From sequence record MZ726793.1: a stretch of DNA of 64,000 bases. One strand, given 5' to 3'. The notes under the pieces are model-generated. The model searched no databases. It saw only the letters and a program-made list of their open reading frames with translations, and had not been told where the DNA came from. This DNA is from Escherichia phage vB_EcoM_ASO2A. Shown here in pieces: positions 16,287-23,785 of the stretch. Position numbers and translations under genes: made by a program. Every line of letters begins with the position of its first letter. The first letter of the stretch is position 1.

Positions 16287-16958
16287 ATGAAAAAGTTTGT
16301 TGTTTACAGTCGTCTTTCTAAACAGAAAAAAGGTGAGGCACAATATGGTATGGAGAGCCAAGAGAACGATATCCGTTACTTCTTAGACTCTGTACCTGAT
16401 GCGGAAGTTATTGGTCAATTTTCTGAATACTATTCGGGTAAGGGCGATTGGAAGCAACGTAAGGAACTGGTTAAAGCGGTTGAAATGTGTAAAGCTACCG
16501 GAGCAACTTTATTGGTAGCTAAAGTTGACCGCTTGGGTCGTAACAACGCCTCCGTAGCAACTCTTCTAGAAATGATCGATGTTAAGATAGCCATCATGCC
16601 AGACGCAGATAAAATGGTTATACAGCTTCTGTCTGTTCTGGCTGAACAAGAAGTTAGAGGTATTGCTGATCGTATTAAAAAGGGTCTTGCTGTAGCAAAA
16701 AGCAAAGGTGTTTTATTAGGCAGTGCTAATCCTAAAACTGCCGCTGCACGTAGAAAAGGAAAAATGGAATACAACTCTGTTAAAGCAGACGCTTTTGCAG
16801 AGACATTCCGTGAACGTTTGGAGATCCTTAGAGATTTAAATACACCTTACAAAACTATTGCTGAAAAATTCAATAGTAAGAAAATAGCAACAGCACGTGG
16901 TGGTAAATGGGATGCTAAAACTGTTTCTCGTTTGTGTGCCAGACTGAACATTAAATAG
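16287..16958 (+). CDS. small serine recombinase (resolvase/invertase family, 223 aa)
   Basis: SD aggag then ATG 16287. VYSRLSKQ (catalytic Ser region), LLVAKVDRLGRN, EQEVRGIADRIKKGL; C-terminal HTH-like TIAEKFN...GGKWDAKTVSRL. Confidence 0.85.
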   Translation: MKKFVVYSRLSKQKKGEAQYGMESQENDIRYFLDSVPDAEVIGQFSEYYSGKGDWKQRKELVKAVEMCKATGATLLVAKVDRLGRNNASVATLLEMIDVKIAIMPDADKMVIQLLSVLAEQEVRGIADRIKKGLAVAKSKGVLLGSANPKTAAARRKGKMEYNSVKADAFAETFRERLEILRDLNTPYKTIAEKFNSKKIATARGGKWDAKTVSRLCARLNIK

Positions 16959-16966
16959 GAGAGGAT

Positions 16967-17389
16967 ATGAAACAAGAAAATGAATCTGTAGATCACTTAA
17001 TCATGCTGTCAGCCCTTTTTGCCGGATGGGACGTATTTTTTGAAAATTTGTTCAATTCTGCTACAGATGGTTCCGATTTTATGCGCCAGTTTAAACGACG
17101 AACTGTTGAGGACTATGCTTTCTATTCAGGTCGGATTGAAAAAGGTTACGAAGATACAAATACAACACTCACCATTAAAGTTTTAGATGTGATGTTTAGT
17201 GTTATAGATGCTATCGACGAAAGTCTTCCGATCCTAGATAATTGTAATACGAAAGTCTATGTTTACAAAATAGCTCGTGCTTATGTGTCTGCAAACAGTT
17301 GTCTTCTTTCCACCCAGATTGCCGTGAACAATCTTGCCAACTTGTTTGATGAAGGAGAAACTTTTTATGACAATCGATTTGAAGTGTAA
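16967..17389 (+). CDS. hypothetical protein (140 aa)
   Basis: SD taggagagg. Confidence 0.6.
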   Translation: MKQENESVDHLIMLSALFAGWDVFFENLFNSATDGSDFMRQFKRRTVEDYAFYSGRIEKGYEDTNTTLTIKVLDVMFSVIDAIDESLPILDNCNTKVYVYKIARAYVSANSCLLSTQIAVNNLANLFDEGETFYDNRFEV

Positions 17390-17732
17390 GAGGATTCTTT
17401 TAGATTTCTATAATAATTGGTTAGAACACCTCCGGCTCTTTCCAAGAGAAAGTGGTTACGCTGATGTTGGCTTATGCCGAGGTCTACGTATGTATATAAG
17501 TGATGAATTTCGGGCCGAGCATTCTTTAGCATATTCTGTTTATGGTATGCAATTAGCCAGTTTTGAAAACGCTGGCTTAGATACAACTTTCCCATTTAAC
17601 ACAGCAAAATCTTTTGAGCAAGAGTGTAAGGAAAAACGTTGCATGTTTAATGAAAAACGTGTACAGTGGGTTAAGGATCGAGTTAAACAACTGGAACAAG
17701 AGTTGGATTTCTTCTATGATGAGGCAGAATAA
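17367..17732 (+). CDS. GLC/WVKD paralog family, member 5 (121 aa)
   Basis: SD aaggag then ATG 17367; FYNNWL, GLCRG, FPFN, RVQWVKDR. Confidence 0.65.
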   Translation: MTIDLKCKRILLDFYNNWLEHLRLFPRESGYADVGLCRGLRMYISDEFRAEHSLAYSVYGMQLASFENAGLDTTFPFNTAKSFEQECKEKRCMFNEKRVQWVKDRVKQLEQELDFFYDEAE

Positions 17733-18004
17733 TGGATAGACAAACCTTAAAAACAATGGCAGATGCCACTAATTCCCCGTACTTTGAAAAAGTAAGTAAA
17801 TTGGTAGCTCAAGCCGCAGAGGAAGGATATTATAACATAAACATCCACAACCCAAGTCTTATACTAGAAATGCCAAGTGATAAGAAGATACAAGAGAGTA
17901 TCTGTGAAGGTATTGTTAGTTACTGGCGCGAGCGTGGGTGTGGTGCAAACATGGCTTTAGACAGTGCAAACATTGTAAGATATATAAATATTTCTTGGGG
18001 GTGA
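17732..18004 (+). CDS. hypothetical protein (90 aa)
   Basis: TAATG overlap; C-terminal WRERG......I.W as in 9810-10109. Confidence 0.55.
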   Translation: MDRQTLKTMADATNSPYFEKVSKLVAQAAEEGYYNINIHNPSLILEMPSDKKIQESICEGIVSYWRERGCGANMALDSANIVRYINISWG

Positions 18005-18008
18005 TTTT

Positions 18009-18620
18009 ATGATTCAATGCACTCATATCCAAATTACTTGGAGAGATGAACTTTACCATTTGGGACAATTTACTGTAGGGGAAACATACCCTGTCATTAA
18101 ACATAATCCTAACATCGCAAACTTTGATAGGATGGTTCTTGTTGAGGACGATCTGGGTCAAACTTATTCTTTAGATCTAAAATATCCGTTTTCTTACGGC
18201 TACGATTGGATCGTTACTTTTGAAGACGTGGAGGAAAATAAAACAATGAACGAAAAAAATTCTTGGTATTATCGTTGTGAACTGCCGCCAGTAGGTGAAA
18301 AGGTTATCTTTGTTCCTGATTTGGAAAGATATTCTTGGGACAGTTCTTATTCTGTTCCTAAAGAAGGCACCGAAGTTGAAGTTATTGCACATCGCACGAC
18401 TTCGCATGGTAACGATGTAGCAGTTGTTTTCTGGGATGATGAAGGCGCTGCTTGTGCAGGTGGCTTTGTTGCAGGTAACTTTGAACCCCTGCCAGATCCT
18501 TTGAAGGAGGCAATTTTAGGCGTAGCTTCTTTTGGACTCTCTTACACGTCTGCACAGGAGATCGTAGAAGGTATTTTAAACGGTACTGTTCCAAACGAAA
18601 TTTTCAAACAGATTAAGTAA
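18009..18620 (+). CDS. hypothetical protein (203 aa)
   Basis: SD gggggtg. Confidence 0.6.
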   Translation: MIQCTHIQITWRDELYHLGQFTVGETYPVIKHNPNIANFDRMVLVEDDLGQTYSLDLKYPFSYGYDWIVTFEDVEENKTMNEKNSWYYRCELPPVGEKVIFVPDLERYSWDSSYSVPKEGTEVEVIAHRTTSHGNDVAVVFWDDEGAACAGGFVAGNFEPLPDPLKEAILGVASFGLSYTSAQEIVEGILNGTVPNEIFKQIK

Positions 18621-18626
18621 CAGTTG

Positions 18627-18650
18627 CACCCCGTTCTGCGGGGTGTTATT
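18627..18650 (+). terminator. hairpin / weak terminator
   Basis: CACCCCGttctgCGGGGTG + ttatt. Confidence 0.45.
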
Positions 18651-18671
18651 GTATATGTAAAGGAGGCGCTA

Positions 18672-19010
18672 ATGTATTACACTGAAGACTACATATTGTA
18701 TAACTTTTTTAAAGGTTGGTTGAAATGGGCGGAACAAGCTCCTGTCGGAGATTGTGTTTTTCCTTGGGATTCTCGTCAAGGCTTGTGTCGTTGTTTGGAA
18801 GATTGGCTTATAACCACAAACTACAATTCAGAAACTAAGAAATCTACATCAAACAGATTAAAAATGTTGTTTGAAGAAGATGGTTTAGATCCAATTTATC
18901 CTTTCGGTGAGGAAAGTTTCCACAATGGTCTTTTCCTTGGCACTCAACATTATGATAAAGATCGTGTAGATTGGGTAAAAGAAAAGGTAGCACAGTATGA
19001 ATGGGGTTAA
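18672..19010 (+). CDS. GLC/WVKD paralog family, member 6 (112 aa)
   Basis: SD aaaggagg then ATG 18672; FFKGWLKW, GLCRC, YPF, RVDWVKEK. Confidence 0.65.
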   Translation: MYYTEDYILYNFFKGWLKWAEQAPVGDCVFPWDSRQGLCRCLEDWLITTNYNSETKKSTSNRLKMLFEEDGLDPIYPFGEESFHNGLFLGTQHYDKDRVDWVKEKVAQYEWG

Positions 19011-19200
19011 GAATTATCACCGCTGGTTAGAAAGCTATCTTAAGAAATGTGAACTTGGTGTTCCAGGTTATACTTACGACACGGACGAGATTCTTGATGA
19101 AATGGAAGTTTGGTTTAAAGAGCCTCGTGAACTATTGGAAAACATTCTAATGGCTTGGGATGGTACGGCACAAAGCATTGAAGGAGGTAGAAATGAGTAA
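18997..19200 (+). CDS. hypothetical protein (67 aa)
   Basis: ATG ORF overlapping the upstream gene end. Confidence 0.5.
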   Translation: MNGVKNYHRWLESYLKKCELGVPGYTYDTDEILDEMEVWFKEPRELLENILMAWDGTAQSIEGGRNE

Positions 19201-19327
19201 GAAATTGTTTAATATTCGTGAGAACCGTGATGGATCGTTCTCTGTAGTCAATGAGTTTAACGTTTCGGTTGGGACTTTTATTACTAAACGTCAAGCAGAA
19301 CAAGTAAGAGATACTTTAAACAAGTAA
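19193..19327 (+). CDS. hypothetical protein (44 aa)
   Basis: not in track; SD aaggagg; MSKKLFNIRENRDGSFSVVNEF... Confidence 0.45.
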   Translation: MSKKLFNIRENRDGSFSVVNEFNVSVGTFITKRQAEQVRDTLNK

Positions 19328-19345
19328 ATTTTTAAGGGGGGACTT

Positions 19346-19765
19346 ATGTTAGGTAAGATCAAAGCTTTTTTCAAACGTATTGTTGAAGGAAGTCCAACAG
19401 AAGGTGCATTAGGAAGATCTCTAACAGGAGAACCACTTGCCATAATTTCTATCAGTCGGTATGGTGGATATTCAATTAAACAAACACCTTTAGGTATAAA
19501 AGGTAGTATGCTTTCTTGGACAATATCTCAAGTTGGTGATAACAGACTTGCAGCTATAGCATTGCTTCGTGGGGAGTATGACTATTGTTTATCAGCATCT
19601 TGTAAAAAGCACCTCATAGAGCACATTAGAGACAGAGTAGAAAGAGAAGGCGGATACTTCTTCGAAACTAAGAGAAACGAACAAGGAACTCTTGACTTCA
19701 CTAAGGTTTACTGGGACAATCATACTCGTCAAACTGTTGAACAACTTCTGGAGGAAAGATGTTAA
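19346..19765 (+). CDS. hypothetical protein (139 aa)
   Basis: SD aagggggg. Confidence 0.6.
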   Translation: MLGKIKAFFKRIVEGSPTEGALGRSLTGEPLAIISISRYGGYSIKQTPLGIKGSMLSWTISQVGDNRLAAIALLRGEYDYCLSASCKKHLIEHIRDRVEREGGYFFETKRNEQGTLDFTKVYWDNHTRQTVEQLLEERC

Positions 19766-19968
19766 AAGCTTTTGCTGTATACTCTACTGTAGGATTCTTT
19801 TATTGGATTATAGTTGTTGTTGGATGTTGGTTGGGTTCTTCTGTTGTGATGGGAGAATGGTTAACATACAATGTATTTGAATGGGATGTAGTTTGTAGAT
19901 CATTACTTGTTATATGGACTGCTATTGTTTGTTGGATAACTGTTAGTCTAACATTAGATCTATATTGA
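19759..19968 (+). CDS. polytopic small membrane protein (69 aa)
   Basis: SD ggagg; FFYWIIVVVGCWLG and LLVIWTAIVCWITVSL segments. Confidence 0.6.
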   Translation: MLKAFAVYSTVGFFYWIIVVVGCWLGSSVVMGEWLTYNVFEWDVVCRSLLVIWTAIVCWITVSLTLDLY

Positions 19969-20261
19969 TTAATAGATGGTAGATAGATGATCATAGTTTA
20001 TCTACCTTCACTTACGTTTCATACCTCACTATCGTGAGTAACATGAAACATTATTATATAGAAATCTACTACTCGCTATCGCTCGTAAACATATGTTTAG
20101 GGTACCATATTTTTTTGAAAAAGTCAATGTTGATTCACCTATCAATTATCTGTTTAAGATAAATCTTACCTATCAATCTAACTCTTAACTAGTATTGCAC
20201 CTATAGTAAGACTATTCCTATAGTTATTAACCCTCTTCTTCTGTAGAATGTAATTAGATCC

Positions 20262-20291
20262 TTGACAAACTCACAAAGCTTGTGTTACATT
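20262..20291 (+). promoter_or_regulatory. sigma70-type promoter
   Basis: TTGACA 20262-20267, TACATT 20286-20291. Confidence 0.5.
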
Positions 20292-20328
20292 GTGTCTCAC
20301 AAGTGAATAATACCGAACAGGAGGAAGA

Positions 20329-20544
20329 ATGAGTTCCAATTTTCTATACAAAGCAAAAGATTCACGAGATGGAGAGAACCATTGGTGGTTGATCACAGAA
20401 GATGGTGTTATCATCCTACCGTGGGACGGAGAGACGAAAGTTCAAATACTAGAGAAAGTAAAAGGTGTTAGTTTTAATGTTAGTCATGATATAACAACTT
20501 TCAAAGCTTTTGCTATGAATCCTAGTCTTGTTGCTGAATGGTAA
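20329..20544 (+). CDS. hypothetical protein (71 aa), ..VAEW family copy 1
   Basis: SD caggagg; same C-terminus (AEW) as the next gene. Confidence 0.6.
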   Translation: MSSNFLYKAKDSRDGENHWWLITEDGVIILPWDGETKVQILEKVKGVSFNVSHDITTFKAFAMNPSLVAEW

Positions 20545-20557
20545 TCCAGGAGAAGAT

Positions 20558-20776
20558 ATGACTAAAATGTATGCAGCCGTTGATAAGCTGGATGGGTCTG
20601 ATTCTGTTTTTATTTTGAATAAAATGGGTGTCTTAGTTTATGCCCGAACTTCTCAAAACATAGAGCACCAAGTGGAAGCAGCACAAATTTTAGAGCAAAT
20701 AACCCCTCCATACCTATACTCAAATGTTGAGCGTTTTAACGATGCACTTGGTTTGACGTTAATAGCGGAATGGTAA
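20558..20776 (+). CDS. hypothetical protein (72 aa), ..IAEW family copy 2
   Basis: SD aggag then ATG 20558. Confidence 0.55.
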   Translation: MTKMYAAVDKLDGSDSVFILNKMGVLVYARTSQNIEHQVEAAQILEQITPPYLYSNVERFNDALGLTLIAEW

Positions 20777-20778
20777 TA

Positions 20779-20976
20779 ATGGCGAAAATGTTGAAAATTG
20801 ATAATGTCGTAACAATCACTACGTCCATACCTTGTCCTCCTATGCCTTGCCCCTATTGTGGTGGTGCAGGATATGTTATGGCGGATGTAGGTCAAATTTA
20901 CGAGTGTAACCCGTGCAAAACCACAGGTTATATCCAAATAGAATCAGAGGAGAAACACTATGAGCCAAAACGCTAA
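20779..20976 (+). CDS. stand-alone DnaJ-type zinc-finger mini-protein (65 aa)
   Basis: CPYCGGAG ... CNPCKTTG (CxxCxGxG twice). Confidence 0.55.
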   Translation: MAKMLKIDNVVTITTSIPCPPMPCPYCGGAGYVMADVGQIYECNPCKTTGYIQIESEEKHYEPKR

Positions 20977-21409
20977 AGAAAAAGAAGTAATCACGGTAAT
21001 CCGTCAGATGGAAGGTGCCGAAAACAATGCTTTTGTTACTAAGATTCTTCTTAATATTTTTGAAGATGTTATTTTAAACAATCCTGGTCATAAAGATTAT
21101 CAGTATGATGTTATGATGGGTGCTTTGCTTGAGATTAACAAAAACACTTTTGCTGAATATGAGCAACACATGCTTTTACCAGAGGAAGATCAGGATTATT
21201 TGTTATCTGGTGCTTTAAGTGCACAAGAAAATTTCTACCACGTTCTTAATATGGCTTATGCAGATGAACTTGCTGTCTCCCTTGAAGAGCGGATTCAAAT
21301 GGTTCGTGACGTAATGAATGAACAAATCCAAGAAGTTGAAGATCTGGTAGCAGAGCCTTTAGCAGAAATTCGTGCAGCTATTGAAAAACAAAAAGGAACT
21401 CAATCATGA
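20960..21409 (+). CDS. hypothetical protein (149 aa)
   Basis: SD agaggag. Confidence 0.6.
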   Translation: MSQNAKEKEVITVIRQMEGAENNAFVTKILLNIFEDVILNNPGHKDYQYDVMMGALLEINKNTFAEYEQHMLLPEEDQDYLLSGALSAQENFYHVLNMAYADELAVSLEERIQMVRDVMNEQIQEVEDLVAEPLAEIRAAIEKQKGTQS

Positions 21410-21573
21410 TGCAAGTAGGTGATGTGGTTTGTCTTAAAGGTGCAAACAAACAAATGACAGTAATAGAAAGTTATGGTGAATCTTGTAAAGTAACTTGGTT
21501 TGATGAAAACGGGGATTTGCAACACGCTATATTCGATCAAAAAGCTTTGAGGAAGGTTGAAGAAAAAGAATGA
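21406..21573 (+). CDS. small protein resembling the YodC/DUF2158 pattern (55 aa)
   Basis: not in track; MMQVGDVVCLKGANKQMTVIE...CKVTWFDENG. Confidence 0.45.
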   Translation: MMQVGDVVCLKGANKQMTVIESYGESCKVTWFDENGDLQHAIFDQKALRKVEEKE

Positions 21574-21833
21574 GCCATCCGTCAATATTTTTCTGTTTTG
21601 TAGATCTTGAAAACGAGTCTTTAATCGTTGATAGTGAGGGTTACTTCACTTATTGGGAATCCGAGCACGAAACTATAAGTGTAGTGAAAGAAATTATGCA
21701 AACCAATCCAAACCTACCAGCGCATAAGTACGGTATTGCAAAAGTGTTTGTTACTAAAACAGAGTACACAAAAGAGCGAAGCACTTTGTACCATAATATT
21801 GAAGTGATTCACTATTTCAAAGATGTTATTTAG
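21570..21833 (+). CDS. hypothetical protein (87 aa)
   Basis: ATGA overlap. Confidence 0.55.
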   Translation: MSHPSIFFCFVDLENESLIVDSEGYFTYWESEHETISVVKEIMQTNPNLPAHKYGIAKVFVTKTEYTKERSTLYHNIEVIHYFKDVI

Positions 21834-21841
21834 GAGGTTAT

Positions 21842-22450
21842 ATGGAAGAGAAGATTTGGGATGGTAAAGATCCTTTAGAAGTTGGACACGTAGCACGTGT
21901 CAAAAAATCTACTACAGGTCCTGGTTTTTCTGGTTTGTATCATATACCAGAAGAAGGTCAGCACGTTACAATTTTGGCTCGTGACAAACAAAACGGAGCA
22001 ACGCCTGTGTGGATTGTTCGTTGGTATGACAAAGATCTTAACATTTGCTTGTCACCTATTATGGCTCATTTGCTGGAAGCCCCTTGCTCTGAAGAAGCTC
22101 TAATTTTTGTTTCGGCTTTTCAGAAAGCCACAGGTTTAACATTAGATGCAAAAGATGTGCAAAAAGCATTTGACATTATTCAGGAAGACAACGATACTAC
22201 ATCTAACGACGAACTGGTTGAAGTTACAATCTTATCTTCAGCAGATATCCGAGAGATTGATAATTGTGATTTTCCAATCACATTTAAAATGTCGCAGAAA
22301 GACATGCAGTCATCTGGAAGTTGTTTTGGTATACCTCGTTGGTTTTTTGATTCTATCAAAAATTCTACTACAGAGGGATCAGACTATGATCAAGATGACA
22401 TGCTTTGGTTCTTAAAAAACCGAGAGATTGTTCTCTCACCACTTAAATAA
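21842..22450 (+). CDS. hypothetical protein (202 aa)
   Basis: SD taggagg. Confidence 0.65.
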   Translation: MEEKIWDGKDPLEVGHVARVKKSTTGPGFSGLYHIPEEGQHVTILARDKQNGATPVWIVRWYDKDLNICLSPIMAHLLEAPCSEEALIFVSAFQKATGLTLDAKDVQKAFDIIQEDNDTTSNDELVEVTILSSADIREIDNCDFPITFKMSQKDMQSSGSCFGIPRWFFDSIKNSTTEGSDYDQDDMLWFLKNREIVLSPLK

Positions 22451-22459
22451 GGAGAAATA

Positions 22460-22561
22460 ATGGTTTCATTTATCGTAGGTGTAGTTGTAGGCTATCTTAT
22501 TAACAAATATCAAGACGTTATCACGGCAAAAGTAAAAGACATTTTAGACTCATCTAAATAA
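22460..22561 (+). CDS. 33-aa membrane peptide
   Basis: not in track; SD taaggag; MVSFIVGVVVGYLINKY... Confidence 0.4.
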   Translation: MVSFIVGVVVGYLINKYQDVITAKVKDILDSSK

Positions 22562-22613
22562 TCTATCAAAGCTGCATCTTCAATAGGTGCAGCCTTTTAA
22601 AAGGAGATATGGC

Positions 22614-22784
22614 ATGACTAAACGCACTGATTTTAAATGTATGCATTGTGGGAAATCTTTTGGGGATCATCAAGCTCGCACATTCAACTGTCCACGTAAA
22701 GGTCGCGGAAATTTTAAAGGTTTTAATCCCGCACATGTTTATTCTCCAGATTACGATAAGCCAGAAGAAAAATTTGTTATTTAA
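22614..22784 (+). CDS. small cysteine/histidine-containing protein (56 aa)
   Basis: SD aaaggag; CMHCG ... H ... C. Confidence 0.5.
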   Translation: MTKRTDFKCMHCGKSFGDHQARTFNCPRKGRGNFKGFNPAHVYSPDYDKPEEKFVI

Positions 22785-22796
22785 TAAGGAGGTCAT

Positions 22797-23078
22797 ATGG
22801 AACTCGTTCAAGAATTGTATAATGCTTTAGGAGCAAAAGGAAAAGATTGGCCCGAACATGCGCTTATTGCTATAAGAGACTCCGATGGTGAGATTAAGTT
22901 TTCAAGCGTAAGTAAAGAGCACATCGTAGAAACAAAACTGGGTATTTACATGCGTGGAACTTATTGCTTATTCAACACTAGAATGGTAGAAGCCCCTGTT
23001 ATCGAGGATGGAACAAAAGGTTGCCCCACAATCGTAACAAAATCTGAATATGAGAAGTTTTTCTACGCTAAGGCTTGA
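22797..23078 (+). CDS. hypothetical protein (93 aa)
   Basis: SD taaggagg. Confidence 0.6.
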   Translation: MELVQELYNALGAKGKDWPEHALIAIRDSDGEIKFSSVSKEHIVETKLGIYMRGTYCLFNTRMVEAPVIEDGTKGCPTIVTKSEYEKFFYAKA

Positions 23079-23123
23079 CACAGAAACAATACTATAGGAT
23101 AGTGATCCTATCGTAGCAATAGA

Positions 23124-23145
23124 ACCCGCTTCGGCGGGTTTTTTC
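23124..23145 (+). terminator. Rho-independent terminator
   Basis: ACCCGCttcgGCGGGT + tttttt. Confidence 0.75.
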
Positions 23146-23169
23146 ATATCTGTAGCAATAGGAGGTCGT

Positions 23170-23400
23170 GTGTTAAATAAAATCGAAGAAGGTTGTATGG
23201 CATTTTTGGTAGATAACCCGTTTCCCTTTATGGTTAAGGTCCATGTAGGAGAGTATTTAGGTTATGACGAATGGGATTGTAGTATCAATAGTGAAATGCA
23301 CCACTACCAACCAACAATACTTAAGACGGATCAAATGGCGCGTATTACAGTAGAGGATGAATTGATCATCGAGTTATACGAGAGAGCACTGCACAAGTAA
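23170..23400 (+). CDS. hypothetical protein (76 aa)
   Basis: SD aggagg then GTG. Confidence 0.5.
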   Translation: MLNKIEEGCMAFLVDNPFPFMVKVHVGEYLGYDEWDCSINSEMHHYQPTILKTDQMARITVEDELIIELYERALHK

Positions 23401-23442
23401 GCTAGAACCCACCTAAATCGAACAGAGACGCTCTAAAATAGA

Positions 23443-23470
23443 AAAGGCACCCACTTGGGTGCCTTTGTTT
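23443..23470. terminator. bidirectional terminator at the convergence of the plus and minus blocks
   Basis: aaaAGGCACCCacttGGGTGCCTttgtttt. Confidence 0.7.
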
Positions 23471-23742
23471 TATTCTTCGTTAGATTGCGTCTCAGACGCG
23501 TTAAATTCGGTTTCAGTACAACTTGCTAGGTAACTTATATTTTGCATCACTACAACTACAGGTGTTTGAAGTTTATCTTCTAGCCCCGCAGCCACTTGAG
23601 CCAAGGCATTATCAATATTTGATTTCCTAACGCCTGTTCCATGTCCTGTTGCCAAGTAAAGATTACCTTCCCCTTTTTGTGTAGCATTAGCAAAGTAGTA
23701 AACGTAATGTGCAAGGTAGTAATCACGGATTTCTTCAGTCAT
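23470..23742 (-). CDS. hypothetical protein (90 aa)
   Basis: SD aggag. Confidence 0.6.
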   Translation of the reverse strand: MTEEIRDYYLAHYVYYFANATQKGEGNLYLATGHGTGVRKSNIDNALAQVAAGLEDKLQTPVVVVMQNISYLASCTETEFNASETQSNEE

Positions 23743-23751
23743 TTTATTCTC

Positions 23752-23778
23752 CTAATAAGAAAGGGGCCGAAGCCCCTT
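23752..23778 (-). terminator. hairpin terminator (GGGGCttcgGCCCC type)
   Basis: minus strand aaGGGGCttcgGCCCCtttcttatt. Confidence 0.6.
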
Positions 23779-23785
23779 GAGTGGT

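Noticed and set aside
16430-16774. 114-aa minus-strand ORF
   Set aside because: It is antisense to the serine recombinase, whose motifs are unambiguous.
16287-16958. Serine recombinase as evidence that the window is a prophage or integrative element
   Set aside because: I saw no att-like repeats, repressor/lysogeny module or host flanking genes. The overall content is that of a virulent phage.
23074-23145. TTGACA-type promoter (23074) with inverted repeat ATAGGAT/ATCCTAT followed about 30 nt later by a strong terminator, as a possible tiny sRNA or attenuator
   Set aside because: The terminator is more simply the end of the 20329-23078 operon. The -10 element (GATAGT) is weak, so there is not enough support for a separate feature.
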